NCBI GenBank assembly: GCA_963753085.1
Contig: CAVWBF010000020.1
Location: forward strand, 66,999-130,998
DNA length: 64,000 nucleotides
Source of the DNA: an uncultured Spirochaetota bacterium
GTDB lineage: Bacteria; Spirochaetota; Spirochaetia; SZUA-6; Fen-1364
Reading direction: 5' to 3'
In this document: in pieces, positions 55,272-63,747 of the stretch
Layout: every line of letters begins with the position of its first letter
How positions within the stretch are numbered: position 1 is the stretch's first letter
Program-made: the position numbers and the translations under genes
The notes under the pieces: model-generated
What the model was told of the DNA's origin: nothing
What the model saw: only the letters and a program-made list of their open reading frames with translations
Database searches by the model: none

Positions 55272-56348
55272 ATGAATCCGGTGTTCAAGGTGCTGGTGGC
55301 TGGTGTCGGAGGAATGGGAGCGTCTCACGCCCTGGGGTATTCGCGGCTCCCCGGGTTTACAGTGGCCGGCTTTGTCGTCTCGAAGAACGTGGACCGGGCA
55401 AAGAAGCTTGCCTCCGACCTGAAGCTCTCCATTCCCGTCTACACGGATTACTACAAGGCCATGGAAGAGGTGAAGCCCGACGTGGTCTCCATCAATACGC
55501 TCGTGGACACCCACGCGGACTATTCCATCCACGCGATGCGCCAGGGTTGCCACGTGTTCATGGAAAAACCCATCGCAAAGACGGTTGCGGAGGCGGAGCA
55601 CGTGGCCCGGGTGGCGCGGGAGACGAAGCGCAAGCTGGTGATCGGCTACATCCTGCGCGTTCACCCGGCCTGGAAGAAGTTCATCGAGCTTGCCCAGACT
55701 CTCGGCAAACCCCTTATCATGCGCATGAACCTCAACCAGCAGAGCTTCGGGCACGAGTGGGAGGTGCACAAGTCCTTCATCGCCAACATGCCTCCTCTGG
55801 TGGACTGCGGCGTTCACTACGTGGACGTGATGTGCCAGATGACACGCTCCGTGCCGAAGCTGGTCCAGGGGATCGCGGCCCGGGTATCCAACGAGGTGGA
55901 CGCGGACAAGCACAACTACGGCGCGCTGCAGGTCGTGTTCGAGGACTCGTCCGTGGGCTGGTACGAGGTCGGGTGGGGCCCCATGATGAGCAAGTCCGCC
56001 TTTTTCGTGAAGGACGTCATCGGCCCCCGGGGAAGCGTGAGCATCGACAAGGACACAAGCTCCGTGGACCCCTCCGATGTCTCGAAGCACACGGCGGTGG
56101 ATTCCATCATCGTTCATTCCAGCTCCACCGACCCCCGAGGGATGCCTGCGCGAAAGGACGAGGTGGTGCGGATCACCGATGAGCCGGACCACAACGAGCT
56201 GTGCAAGCGGGAGCAGGAATACCTGTATCGGGCAATAACGGAAAACATCGACCTCACCGACCACGTGGCGGACGCCGTGAACAGCTTGAAGATCTGCTTT
56301 GCCGCGGTGGAGTCCTACACCAGGGAGAAGGTCATCCACCTGGATTGA
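55272..56348 (+). CDS. Gfo/Idh/MocA-family NAD(P)-dependent oxidoreductase
   Basis: 358 aa. KVLVAGVGGMGASH Rossmann start and the family EKP motif (HVFMEKPIA). Confidence 0.85.
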   Translation: MNPVFKVLVAGVGGMGASHALGYSRLPGFTVAGFVVSKNVDRAKKLASDLKLSIPVYTDYYKAMEEVKPDVVSINTLVDTHADYSIHAMRQGCHVFMEKPIAKTVAEAEHVARVARETKRKLVIGYILRVHPAWKKFIELAQTLGKPLIMRMNLNQQSFGHEWEVHKSFIANMPPLVDCGVHYVDVMCQMTRSVPKLVQGIAARVSNEVDADKHNYGALQVVFEDSSVGWYEVGWGPMMSKSAFFVKDVIGPRGSVSIDKDTSSVDPSDVSKHTAVDSIIVHSSSTDPRGMPARKDEVVRITDEPDHNELCKREQEYLYRAITENIDLTDHVADAVNSLKICFAAVESYTREKVIHLD

Positions 56349-57541
56349 GGGATGGACCGAAGGCTGGATTACACGTCGTGACACGCAGGGAGGCTTTTCT
56401 CGCGGCGGCAAAGGGGAGGAGGGACGGGCGCGCGCCGTTCTTCCCCGACATCACTTCCTGGTACGTGTTGACGCGCATCCCCCTGGGGGACGAGCAGCCG
56501 TACTTCCCGGGCCAGTACATCCCCGACGACAGCCCGATCCATGAGCTGCCCAGCAGGCTTTCCGGGCCCATCGCCAGGCTCACCTTTGTCGACTTCTATC
56601 GCACGTACGGCTGGGGACTGCCCGTGCACGCGTACGACTGGTGCGATGAGACCCTGGCTAACGGCGTGGAGAAAGTGACGCGCACCGAGGGACGCCATCG
56701 TACCGTGACGTTCCACACGCCGCGGGGAGACCTCGCGCGCACGTACAAGCTGGACGCCGAGGGCACCTGGAGCGAGTACGGGCACATGGCGCAGTCCATT
56801 GCGGACCTGGCGAAGGTCCGATGCATCGTGGAGTCGACCCGGTTCGTTCCCCATCCCGAGCGCGTGGAGAGGTTCCTCCGGGAGACGGCGGGCTTCGGCG
56901 TGGCGGATCTCGTCATCTACCGCTCACCGTTCGGAAAGCTGATCCACGAGTATATGGGCTTCGAGCAGGTGGCCTATTCCCTCCACGATGATGAGCAGCC
57001 CATCGTCGAGTTCCTGCAATTCCAGGAGGAAAAGGACCTGGAGCTCATCCGCCTGGCGGCGCGGGCTCCCGGCTCCATCGTGATCATCTCCGACCACGCG
57101 GATGAGAACCTCATTTCCCCTGCCTGGTACAGGACATACTGCATCCCCTTCTATCGGAAAGCGTGCGGGATCCTGCACGCTGCCGGCAAGCTTGTGTCCA
57201 CGCACCTCGATGGAAACTTCCACGGGTATCTCCCGTTCATCTCGGAAACAGGATTCGACCTGCTGGACGGCTGCACCCCGGCGCCCATGTTCAACTACGA
57301 GCCGGAGGAGCTGGCGGCCGCTGTTTCAGGAAGGAATGGAAAGCGGCGCATGAGCTGCTACTGCGGCGTTCCGGCCAGCCTGTTCACCACGGGCAGGGCG
57401 CCGGGAGAGCTTGCCGATTTTGCGGAGCGCATAGAACGGGCGTTCGACGGGAACGTCATCGTGAACGTGGGCGACATCCTGCCGCCCAACGGATCCATTG
57501 AAGCCGTCATCGAGGTCGGCAGAAGGCTGGCCGCGCCGTGA
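56345..57541 (+). CDS. Second URO-D-family protein (divergent)
   Basis: IISDHADENLISPAWYRTYCIPFYRKACGILHAAGKLVSTHLDGNF matches the URO-D C-terminal half. The start is uncertain: TTG 56345 (overlaps the upstream stop) or GTG 56378. Confidence 0.6.
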   Translation: MRDGPKAGLHVVTRREAFLAAAKGRRDGRAPFFPDITSWYVLTRIPLGDEQPYFPGQYIPDDSPIHELPSRLSGPIARLTFVDFYRTYGWGLPVHAYDWCDETLANGVEKVTRTEGRHRTVTFHTPRGDLARTYKLDAEGTWSEYGHMAQSIADLAKVRCIVESTRFVPHPERVERFLRETAGFGVADLVIYRSPFGKLIHEYMGFEQVAYSLHDDEQPIVEFLQFQEEKDLELIRLAARAPGSIVIISDHADENLISPAWYRTYCIPFYRKACGILHAAGKLVSTHLDGNFHGYLPFISETGFDLLDGCTPAPMFNYEPEELAAAVSGRNGKRRMSCYCGVPASLFTTGRAPGELADFAERIERAFDGNVIVNVGDILPPNGSIEAVIEVGRRLAAP

Positions 57542-57566
57542 CGGAAAGAAAAGTCTGGAGACACTG

Positions 57567-58352
57567 ATGTCGTATGCAAACAGAATGCGAAGGGACAAGA
57601 TCCGCGAGTTCCTCCTCAGCCATCGAAGCGCCGGGGTGAAGGACCTGGGACGGCAGCTCAACGCCAGTGAAGCCACCATCCGCCGCGACCTGCGGGAGCT
57701 GGCGCGCGAGGACGGGTACCTCCGCACACGCGGAGGGATTGCGCTGGACGAGAGCCGGGCCGAGCTTTCGGTCCAGCAGAGAGCGCATGTCCAGGGCTGG
57801 CAGAAGCGCTCCATCGGGAGGAAGGCCGCCCAGCTCATCTCCGACGGAGAGGTGATCTTCCTGGGAAGCGGCTCCACGGCCATCGAGGTTGCGAGGAACC
57901 TCGACCGCCACCGCGACCTGACGGTGATCACCAATTCCCTCCCCATCATCACGATGCTGACGGACAACCCCCGGGTGAGCCTCATCGTGGCCGGCGGGGC
58001 GCTGCGGCGCTCCGAGCTGTCCTTCATCGGCCACATCGTGGAGAAGACTCTCATGGAGCTGAGGGCGGACAAGGTCATCATGGGAATCCATGGCATCCAT
58101 CCCGAGCATGGTCTTACCAACGAGTACATGCCGGAGGCCATCGTCGACAGGTTCCTCCTTCGCTACGCCCCGAAGCTGATCATCGTGGCGGACAGCTCGA
58201 AGGTGGGAAAAACGAAAGCCTCATTCGTGGGAGGAATCGAGGACATCGACGTCCTGGTCACGGACCAGGGGATAGGCCTCGAGATGAAGATGGCGCTGGA
58301 GATGCGCGGCGTGAAAGTCGTGATCGCGGAACAGGCGGAGATGGAGACGTGA
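57567..58352 (+). CDS. DeoR/GlpR-family transcriptional regulator
   Basis: ATG 57567 with GGAGA upstream. HTH region VKDLGRQLNASEATIRRDLRELA plus a DeoR C-terminal sugar-phosphate sensor domain. Confidence 0.88.
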   Translation: MSYANRMRRDKIREFLLSHRSAGVKDLGRQLNASEATIRRDLRELAREDGYLRTRGGIALDESRAELSVQQRAHVQGWQKRSIGRKAAQLISDGEVIFLGSGSTAIEVARNLDRHRDLTVITNSLPIITMLTDNPRVSLIVAGGALRRSELSFIGHIVEKTLMELRADKVIMGIHGIHPEHGLTNEYMPEAIVDRFLLRYAPKLIIVADSSKVGKTKASFVGGIEDIDVLVTDQGIGLEMKMALEMRGVKVVIAEQAEMET

Positions 58353-59305
58353 GCCTCCCCGAGGCCCCCCGGAGCCCCGGGCGCGCGCCTCCCCTGGTGG
58401 TCCTTTTCGGACCCACGGCCGTGGGCAAGTCGGCCATCCTTGCATCCCTCGTCGATGATCGTTTCGAGGTGATCAATGCGGATTCCATGCAGGTCTACCG
58501 CTCCATGGACATCGGCACGGCAAAGCCCGCTCCAGAGCTGCTGCGACGGCTTCCCCATCATCTCATCGACGTCGCGGAACCCTCGCACCAGTTCAATGTC
58601 GGGGAGTTCGTCAAAGCCTCGGAGGTCCTTGCCGCCCAGATCAGGCAACGGGGAAGGGTGCCGCTTGTCTGCGGGGGCACGGCCTTCTACATCACGAGCT
58701 TCCTCTACGGCCTTCCGGAGTCGCCGCCAGGAGACCCGGCCGCGCGGGCGAGGCTCCGGGAGCTGGCCCGCGTGGAAGGCTCCGATGCGCTGGCGCGGCT
58801 GCTCCGTGAAAAAGACCCCGTGGCGGCGGAGCGCATTCCTGCCGGTGATACCTACCGGATCACCCGAGCCCTTGAGGTGCTCGAGTCCACCGGGGAATCC
58901 GTGTATTCCTTTCGATGGCCCCGGACGCTGCGGGATGATTTCCAATTCCTCATCCTGGGGCTGCAGCGCGACCGGGAGGAGCTGTACCGGCGGATCGAGG
59001 AGAGGGTGGAGCGGATGTTCTCCGAAGGGCTCCTGGGGGAGGTCAAAAAGCTCCTGACAATGGGGTACGGAGCTTCCGACCCCGGGATGCGGGGCATCGG
59101 GTACCGGGAAATCCTTTCCATGAGAAGCGGATGCGAGACGCTGGCCAGCGTACGAGAGCTCATCAAGCGCAACTCCCGCAGGTACGCAAAGCGACAGCTC
59201 ACGTTCTTCCGATCCGTTCACGGAGTGCGCTGGTTTCATCCCGCTGATGCGCCGCTGATGCGGGCGACCATCGAGAGTTTCCTCGCGCAAAGCCCCGGCC
59301 CTTGA
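58349..59305 (+). CDS. miaA: tRNA dimethylallyltransferase
   Basis: GTG 58349 overlaps the DeoR stop (GTGA). P-loop GPTAVGKS, DSMQVYRSMDIGTAKP and RRYAKRQLTFF. Confidence 0.9.
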   Translation: MSLPEAPRSPGRAPPLVVLFGPTAVGKSAILASLVDDRFEVINADSMQVYRSMDIGTAKPAPELLRRLPHHLIDVAEPSHQFNVGEFVKASEVLAAQIRQRGRVPLVCGGTAFYITSFLYGLPESPPGDPAARARLRELARVEGSDALARLLREKDPVAAERIPAGDTYRITRALEVLESTGESVYSFRWPRTLRDDFQFLILGLQRDREELYRRIEERVERMFSEGLLGEVKKLLTMGYGASDPGMRGIGYREILSMRSGCETLASVRELIKRNSRRYAKRQLTFFRSVHGVRWFHPADAPLMRATIESFLAQSPGP

Positions 59306-59394
59306 CCACGGCTCGCCAAATCCGCATAGTGTTCCGACAATGAAAGCAAGCGGCTCCCACCCGGGCGGCTGCGGAGTCGAAAGGAGTAGGCCCT

Positions 59395-59490
59395 GTGCCC
59401 TGCGGTAGGAAAAGAAAGCGACACAAAATTGCCACGCACAAGAGGAAGAAAAAGCTGAGGGCCAACCGGCACAAGAAGAAGCTGCGCTAG
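59395..59490 (+). CDS. 31-aa polybasic protein resembling ribosomal protein bS22 / mS38 (AURKAIP1/COX24 family); not in the ORF track
   Basis: AAGGAG (59381-59386) lies 8 nt before GTG 59395. Encodes (M)PCGRKRKRHKIATHKRKKKLRANRHKKKLR, with TAG at 59488-59490. The KRKRHK..THKRKK..R.NRHKK pattern is as I recall for bS22-like peptides. Confidence 0.6.
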   Translation: MPCGRKRKRHKIATHKRKKKLRANRHKKKLR

Positions 59491-59542
59491 TCTCGGGGCG
59501 CTGAGCCCCGCGACGGTAAGCTTTTTCCGGGAAGGAGCGTCG

Positions 59543-60301
59543 GTGAAAGGCGTACGGTTCGTTTGCCTGCTTCTCCTGCTGGCCGTGACAGCGGGGGCGG
59601 GAGCTGAGAGCCTGTGGTCGCCCGGTTTCAAGGGCTACCTTTCGGGAAGTCGTGGCCCGGCTGTCGGCGACGTCCTCGTGGTCCAGATCGATGCTTCTTC
59701 CTCTCTTTCCTTCACCTCGTCCAGCAACGACTCGAAGAACCTCACCCTGGAGTTCTCCGGCGGAGAGTCGGGGAACCTGTTCTCGTTTCTCCCGCAGGTG
59801 CGGACCTCGGGCACGCGCAGCACCACGGGCCGGGACGTCCTCAGCCTGAAGACGCAGATCCCGGTTGTCGTGACAGCGCTGAACCCGGACGGGACGGCGC
59901 AGGTGCAGGGCAGCCGGACCGTCTCCGTGGAGGGAAAGGATGAATCGGTCACCGTGACCGGCGCGGTGTCACCTGGCCTGATCGACCAGAAGGGCTCCGT
60001 CTCATTTTCCCGGCTCGCCAATTCACGCCTGGTCTACAGGACATTCCTGACCTCCGCCCGTGACGTGCTTTCCCCCGCGGACCTGCGCCAGCTCCTGGCG
60101 CCGGCCGCAGGCGCGCCCGCGGCAGCCCCCGGAGCAGCGCCTGCAGGCGCGCCGGGTGCGCCCACCCCCGCCGCCGGGCAGGCGGCCGCTCCTGCCGCGG
60201 CTCCGTCAGCCGTCCCAGGGCTTGCCATCACGGACGCCAGGAAGAGACAGCTCCTCCTTCTTTACCTGAACCGCCTCATCGATGTGATCTTTCCGCAATA
60301 A
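59543..60301 (+). CDS. FlgH (flagellar L-ring)-family protein with an Ala/Pro-rich linker and C-terminal helix
   Basis: GGAAGGAG lies 5 nt before GTG 59543, with a signal peptide. SLWSPG..AVGDVLVVQIDASSS and VTVTGAVSPGLIDQKGSVSFSRLANSRLVY match FlgH core motifs. No other flagellar genes are nearby. Confidence 0.65.
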   Translation: MKGVRFVCLLLLLAVTAGAGAESLWSPGFKGYLSGSRGPAVGDVLVVQIDASSSLSFTSSSNDSKNLTLEFSGGESGNLFSFLPQVRTSGTRSTTGRDVLSLKTQIPVVVTALNPDGTAQVQGSRTVSVEGKDESVTVTGAVSPGLIDQKGSVSFSRLANSRLVYRTFLTSARDVLSPADLRQLLAPAAGAPAAAPGAAPAGAPGAPTPAAGQAAAPAAAPSAVPGLAITDARKRQLLLLYLNRLIDVIFPQ

Positions 60302-60356
60302 CGGGCTTCCGCGGCGGATTCCCGCCGCAGGGGACGCGGCCAGCCACTGCTCGATC

Positions 60357-60386
60357 TTGACCCTGCTCGAAGCAGGCTGCTAAAAT
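60357..60386 (+). promoter_or_regulatory. Putative promoter of the folP-cdaA-cdaR-acpS operon
   Basis: TTGACC (60357-60362), 18-nt spacer, TAAAAT (60381-60386). The predicted TSS falls at about 60392-60394, on the first possible folP start codon. Confidence 0.45.
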
Positions 60387-60392
60387 CCCCTC

Positions 60393-61616
60393 GTGGCGTC
60401 GACCTACCCCCGCCCCTCTGAGACAAACGCGCACCCTGTCACCGTGGGCACGGCGAACGACCTCAAGCGTCACCTGAGTGAAATCGCCGTCAGCGACGAT
60501 GAGATCGAGAAGATCTCCGACATGTTCCTCTATTGCACGGTGAAGCTGGAAGGGGTGGACACCCGCGCGGCCAACCTCATGAAGACGAGCATTGAAAGCC
60601 TCGGTGGGGCCATCGCCATGCGCAAGGAGGCCCGCGAGTTCACCGTCCGTGAGACGGACGTCATCATTTCAGGCAGCCGGCACACTCTCGGCGTCCTTGC
60701 AACGCGCCTGAAGGGGGAGCCCTTCGGCCTGGACGGAATTGCCGCGGAGATTTCCGCCTGCATTTCCACCGGCGCGCGCATCATGTCCTGGGGAAGCAGG
60801 ACACTGGATTTCACGCGCAAGACGTACGTGATGGGGATCCTCAACTGCACCCCGGATTCCTTCTACCCGGCGAGCCGAGCGAACACGATCAAGGATGCCC
60901 TCAGGGCCAGCAGGGAGATGATCGAGGCCGGCGTGGACATCATTGACGTGGGCGGGGAGTCCACCCGTCCCGGCTCGGATCCCGTTCCATTGGAGGAGGA
61001 GGTGCGCCGGGTCCTGCCCGTTGTCCAGGCGCTTCGCGCGGAGTCCGCCGTGATGATCTCCGTGGACACCCGCAGGAAGGACGTGGCGGAGAGGGCCCTG
61101 GACGCGGGCGCGGATATCATCAACGACATCTCGGGCCTGCGGCACAACGAGGATCTTGCACGCCTGGTGGCCCGCAGGAAGGTGCCGGTGGTCCTGATGC
61201 ACATTCGCGGCACGCCGAAGACCATGCAGCGTGAAGCGTTCTACAAGAACACCATCAGCGAGGTGCTCCGCGAGCTCCAGCCGTCCATTGCCGCGGCCAT
61301 AGGAGCGGGGATCGATCCCGGGATGCTCATCGTGGACCCTGGCATTGGCTTCGGCAAGCGGATCCAGGACAACCTTCGCATCATCAAAGAGCTGTCGTCC
61401 CTCAAGTCCCTCAACTTTCCCATTCTCATCGGCCTGTCCCGCAAGAGCTTCATCGGCGAGATCCTCGACAAGCCGGTGGAGAAGAGGCTCATCGGGACCA
61501 TCACGGCCAACACGCTTGCCATCATCAACGGCGCCAATATCATCCGCGTCCACGACGTGAGCGACGCCGTGGAGATGGTGAAGATCATCGAGTCCGTGCG
61601 GCGGATCGGGACATAG
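60393..61616 (+). CDS. folP: Dihydropteroate synthase with a ~130-aa N-terminal extra domain
   Basis: YVMGILNCTPDSFY, DVGGESTRPG and DISG motifs in the C-terminal 270 aa. The N-terminal domain reads VKLEGVDTRAANLMKTSIESLGGAIAM..GEPFGL. The start codon is uncertain (GTG 60393 or a downstream GTG/ATG). Confidence 0.85.
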   Translation: MASTYPRPSETNAHPVTVGTANDLKRHLSEIAVSDDEIEKISDMFLYCTVKLEGVDTRAANLMKTSIESLGGAIAMRKEAREFTVRETDVIISGSRHTLGVLATRLKGEPFGLDGIAAEISACISTGARIMSWGSRTLDFTRKTYVMGILNCTPDSFYPASRANTIKDALRASREMIEAGVDIIDVGGESTRPGSDPVPLEEEVRRVLPVVQALRAESAVMISVDTRRKDVAERALDAGADIINDISGLRHNEDLARLVARRKVPVVLMHIRGTPKTMQREAFYKNTISEVLRELQPSIAAAIGAGIDPGMLIVDPGIGFGKRIQDNLRIIKELSSLKSLNFPILIGLSRKSFIGEILDKPVEKRLIGTITANTLAIINGANIIRVHDVSDAVEMVKIIESVRRIGT

Positions 61617-61625
61617 GGAGAGTCG

Positions 61626-62411
61626 GTGGACCAGCTCCTGAACACGTGGGTCGCGCGCGAGGTCGTGCGGCCGGTCCTCGATGTCCTCATGCTCGCCTAC
61701 CTCCTGTACAAGAGCTGGCAGATCCTCGTTCAGACCCGGGCGGTGCAGCTGCTCAAGGGCACCGTCGTGATGGTCCTCATCTACGCGGTGAGCTTTTTCC
61801 TGCGGCTCACCACGCTCCTGTGGATCCTCAACGTGCTCGTGCCGGGCCTCGTCATCGCCATCGCCATTGTCTTCCAGCCCGAGCTGCGGAAGATCTTCAC
61901 GCAGATCGGAAGCCGGGAGTGGTTCCGCCCGGGGGCCCGGGCGGGAACTTTGCGGGTGGAAAGCCTCCTCAACGCCGTGCAGCTTCTCTCCTCGCGCCGC
62001 CGCGGCGCGCTCATCGTCCTCCCGCGGCGCGTGGGGGTGAAGAACATCGTGCAGACGGGGACCGTCATGAACGCGGAGATCTCCACCAACCTGATCATGA
62101 CGATCTTCTACGACGGGACGGCCCTTCATGACGGGGCCATGATCATAGAAGGGGACAGGATCGTGGCCGCCGGATGCTTTCTTCCCCTCTCGCAGCGGGA
62201 CGACGTGGAAAGCACGTTCGGCGCCCGGCATCGCGCCGCCCTGGGACTTGCGGAGGAAAGCGACGCCGTTGTCGTGGTTGTCTCCGAGGAGAACGGCGCC
62301 ATCTCCCTGGCCCACGACGGCAATATCCGCTACAACATCGCTCTTGCCGAGGTGGAATCGGGCATCAGGAGCCTCCTCCCCATGCAGGCGCCCGCGGGGA
62401 AATCCCCGTGA
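61626..62411 (+). CDS. cdaA: Diadenylate cyclase CdaA (DisA_N domain, membrane-anchored)
   Basis: Three N-terminal TM helices, then a DAC domain with ALHDGAMII (DGA) and GARHRAALG (RHR) motifs. Confidence 0.9.
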   Translation: MDQLLNTWVAREVVRPVLDVLMLAYLLYKSWQILVQTRAVQLLKGTVVMVLIYAVSFFLRLTTLLWILNVLVPGLVIAIAIVFQPELRKIFTQIGSREWFRPGARAGTLRVESLLNAVQLLSSRRRGALIVLPRRVGVKNIVQTGTVMNAEISTNLIMTIFYDGTALHDGAMIIEGDRIVAAGCFLPLSQRDDVESTFGARHRAALGLAEESDAVVVVVSEENGAISLAHDGNIRYNIALAEVESGIRSLLPMQAPAGKSP

Positions 62412-63355
62412 ACAGCCGGCGTCTCCTGCGCGGTCTCCTGTCGGACTTGCCGGTGAAGGTGATCTGTCTCACCGCCGCCGTGATCCTTTTCCTCTTCCAC
62501 CGGGTCAACACCATGACGGAGAGGTTCTTCAGCGTGCCGCTGGAGGTGTCGACGCCTCCCGGGCTGGCAATCGCATCCGCATATCCCAAGACGGTCCGCA
62601 TCACCCTTCGCGGGTCGGAGGATGCCATCTATCCCATCCTGGAAGAGGACATCGAGGCGAACGCGAGCCTGGAGAGCCACAAGAGCCAGGGGGTGTTCCG
62701 CGCGCCCGTGAAGATCACCCGCCGCGGCACGGCCGCCAACGTGGAGCCCCTGGAGATCAAGGTGGAGCCGCAGGAGATCGCGTTCACGCTGGAGCCGCTT
62801 TCCGAGCGCAAGGTGAACGTCGTGCCGGACCTGCGCGGGTCTCCGGCCTACGGCTACGAAATGGTGCAGTCCGGCGTGAGCCCGCAGGGGGTGCTGGTCC
62901 GCGGGGCCAGGAGCCGGGTCCAGGCGCTCTCCTCCCTGGCCACTGAGGAGATCGATCTCTCGGGACGCACGGGAAGCTTCACCAACCGGGTGAAGGTCGT
63001 GGTTCCCGGCTCACAGATCCGGATCGTGGGGGATTCGTCCGTGGACTTCCACGCGACCATCCAGGAAGCCGTCGTAGCCCGCACATTCGCGGAAGTGCCT
63101 CTTGTCGGGGCGGACATGTCCCCGCACCTGGCCCTGCGCTCTCCGCTGCCCCTGGGGACGGTGTCGCTCCAGGGAAACCAGCTCTCCCTGGATGCCGTGC
63201 AGGGCGGCCAGGTGAGGTTGATCGTGGACTTTTCATCCCTGCACAAAGCAGGGCAGTATGTTCTTCATCCGCGGCCCGAAGCGCCCTCCGGCTTTTCCAT
63301 CCTCGACTGGACGCCGCGGGAGGTCACGGTGGAGCTCGTCTCTTCGGGACGATAG
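62408..63355 (+). CDS. cdaR: CdaR / YbbR-domain regulator of CdaA
   Basis: GTG 62408 overlaps the cdaA stop (GTGA). TM anchor followed by repeated YbbR-like beta domains. The track ORF starting at 62174 is over-extended. Confidence 0.8.
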   Translation: MNSRRLLRGLLSDLPVKVICLTAAVILFLFHRVNTMTERFFSVPLEVSTPPGLAIASAYPKTVRITLRGSEDAIYPILEEDIEANASLESHKSQGVFRAPVKITRRGTAANVEPLEIKVEPQEIAFTLEPLSERKVNVVPDLRGSPAYGYEMVQSGVSPQGVLVRGARSRVQALSSLATEEIDLSGRTGSFTNRVKVVVPGSQIRIVGDSSVDFHATIQEAVVARTFAEVPLVGADMSPHLALRSPLPLGTVSLQGNQLSLDAVQGGQVRLIVDFSSLHKAGQYVLHPRPEAPSGFSILDWTPREVTVELVSSGR

Positions 63356-63366
63356 GAGGTTCGCAG

Positions 63367-63747
63367 GTGATCCTCGGGCTGGGCATCGACGTCGTGCACG
63401 TGGAACGCATCCGCCGGTGGAGAAGGATCGAGGGCCTGTACGAGCGGTTCTTCCACCCGGAGGAGCTGGCAAGCGCCCTCCCGCGCGGGGAAACGGGGAT
63501 CCTGTCCCTTGCCGCCCGGTTTGCGGCAAAGGAGGCCTTCGGAAAGGCCATCGGCTCAGGGCTCCGCCACTTCGCCCTGCGGGACATCGCCGTCCTCAAC
63601 GATTCCCACGGAAAGCCCTTCATGATGCTCACGGGCGCCGCGGAAGCGGCCTTCAAGGATTTCGGCGGCAGCAGGCTTGTCTGTTCCCTCTCCCATGAGA
63701 AGGAAAACGCGCTTGCCGTGGTTCTCATCGAGGGAGACCCGAGATAA
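63367..63747 (+). CDS. acpS: Holo-[acyl-carrier-protein] synthase
   Basis: 126 aa. ILGLGIDVVHVERI start, FAAKEAFGKA and SLSHEKENALAVV, typical of AcpS. Confidence 0.9.
   Translation: MILGLGIDVVHVERIRRWRRIEGLYERFFHPEELASALPRGETGILSLAARFAAKEAFGKAIGSGLRHFALRDIAVLNDSHGKPFMMLTGAAEAAFKDFGGSRLVCSLSHEKENALAVVLIEGDPR

Noticed and set aside
59494-59526. Hairpin CGGGGC-gctga-GCCCCG after the bS22-like ORF, as an intrinsic terminator.
   Set aside because: The stem is only 6 bp, and the T-run starts 11 nt after the stem, just before the flgH-like SD. The support is too weak to call.
60311-60328. GC hairpin GCGGCGG-attc-CCGCCGC after the FlgH-like gene, as a terminator.
   Set aside because: There is no U-tract downstream, so it may be structural only. 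It is not reported as a feature.
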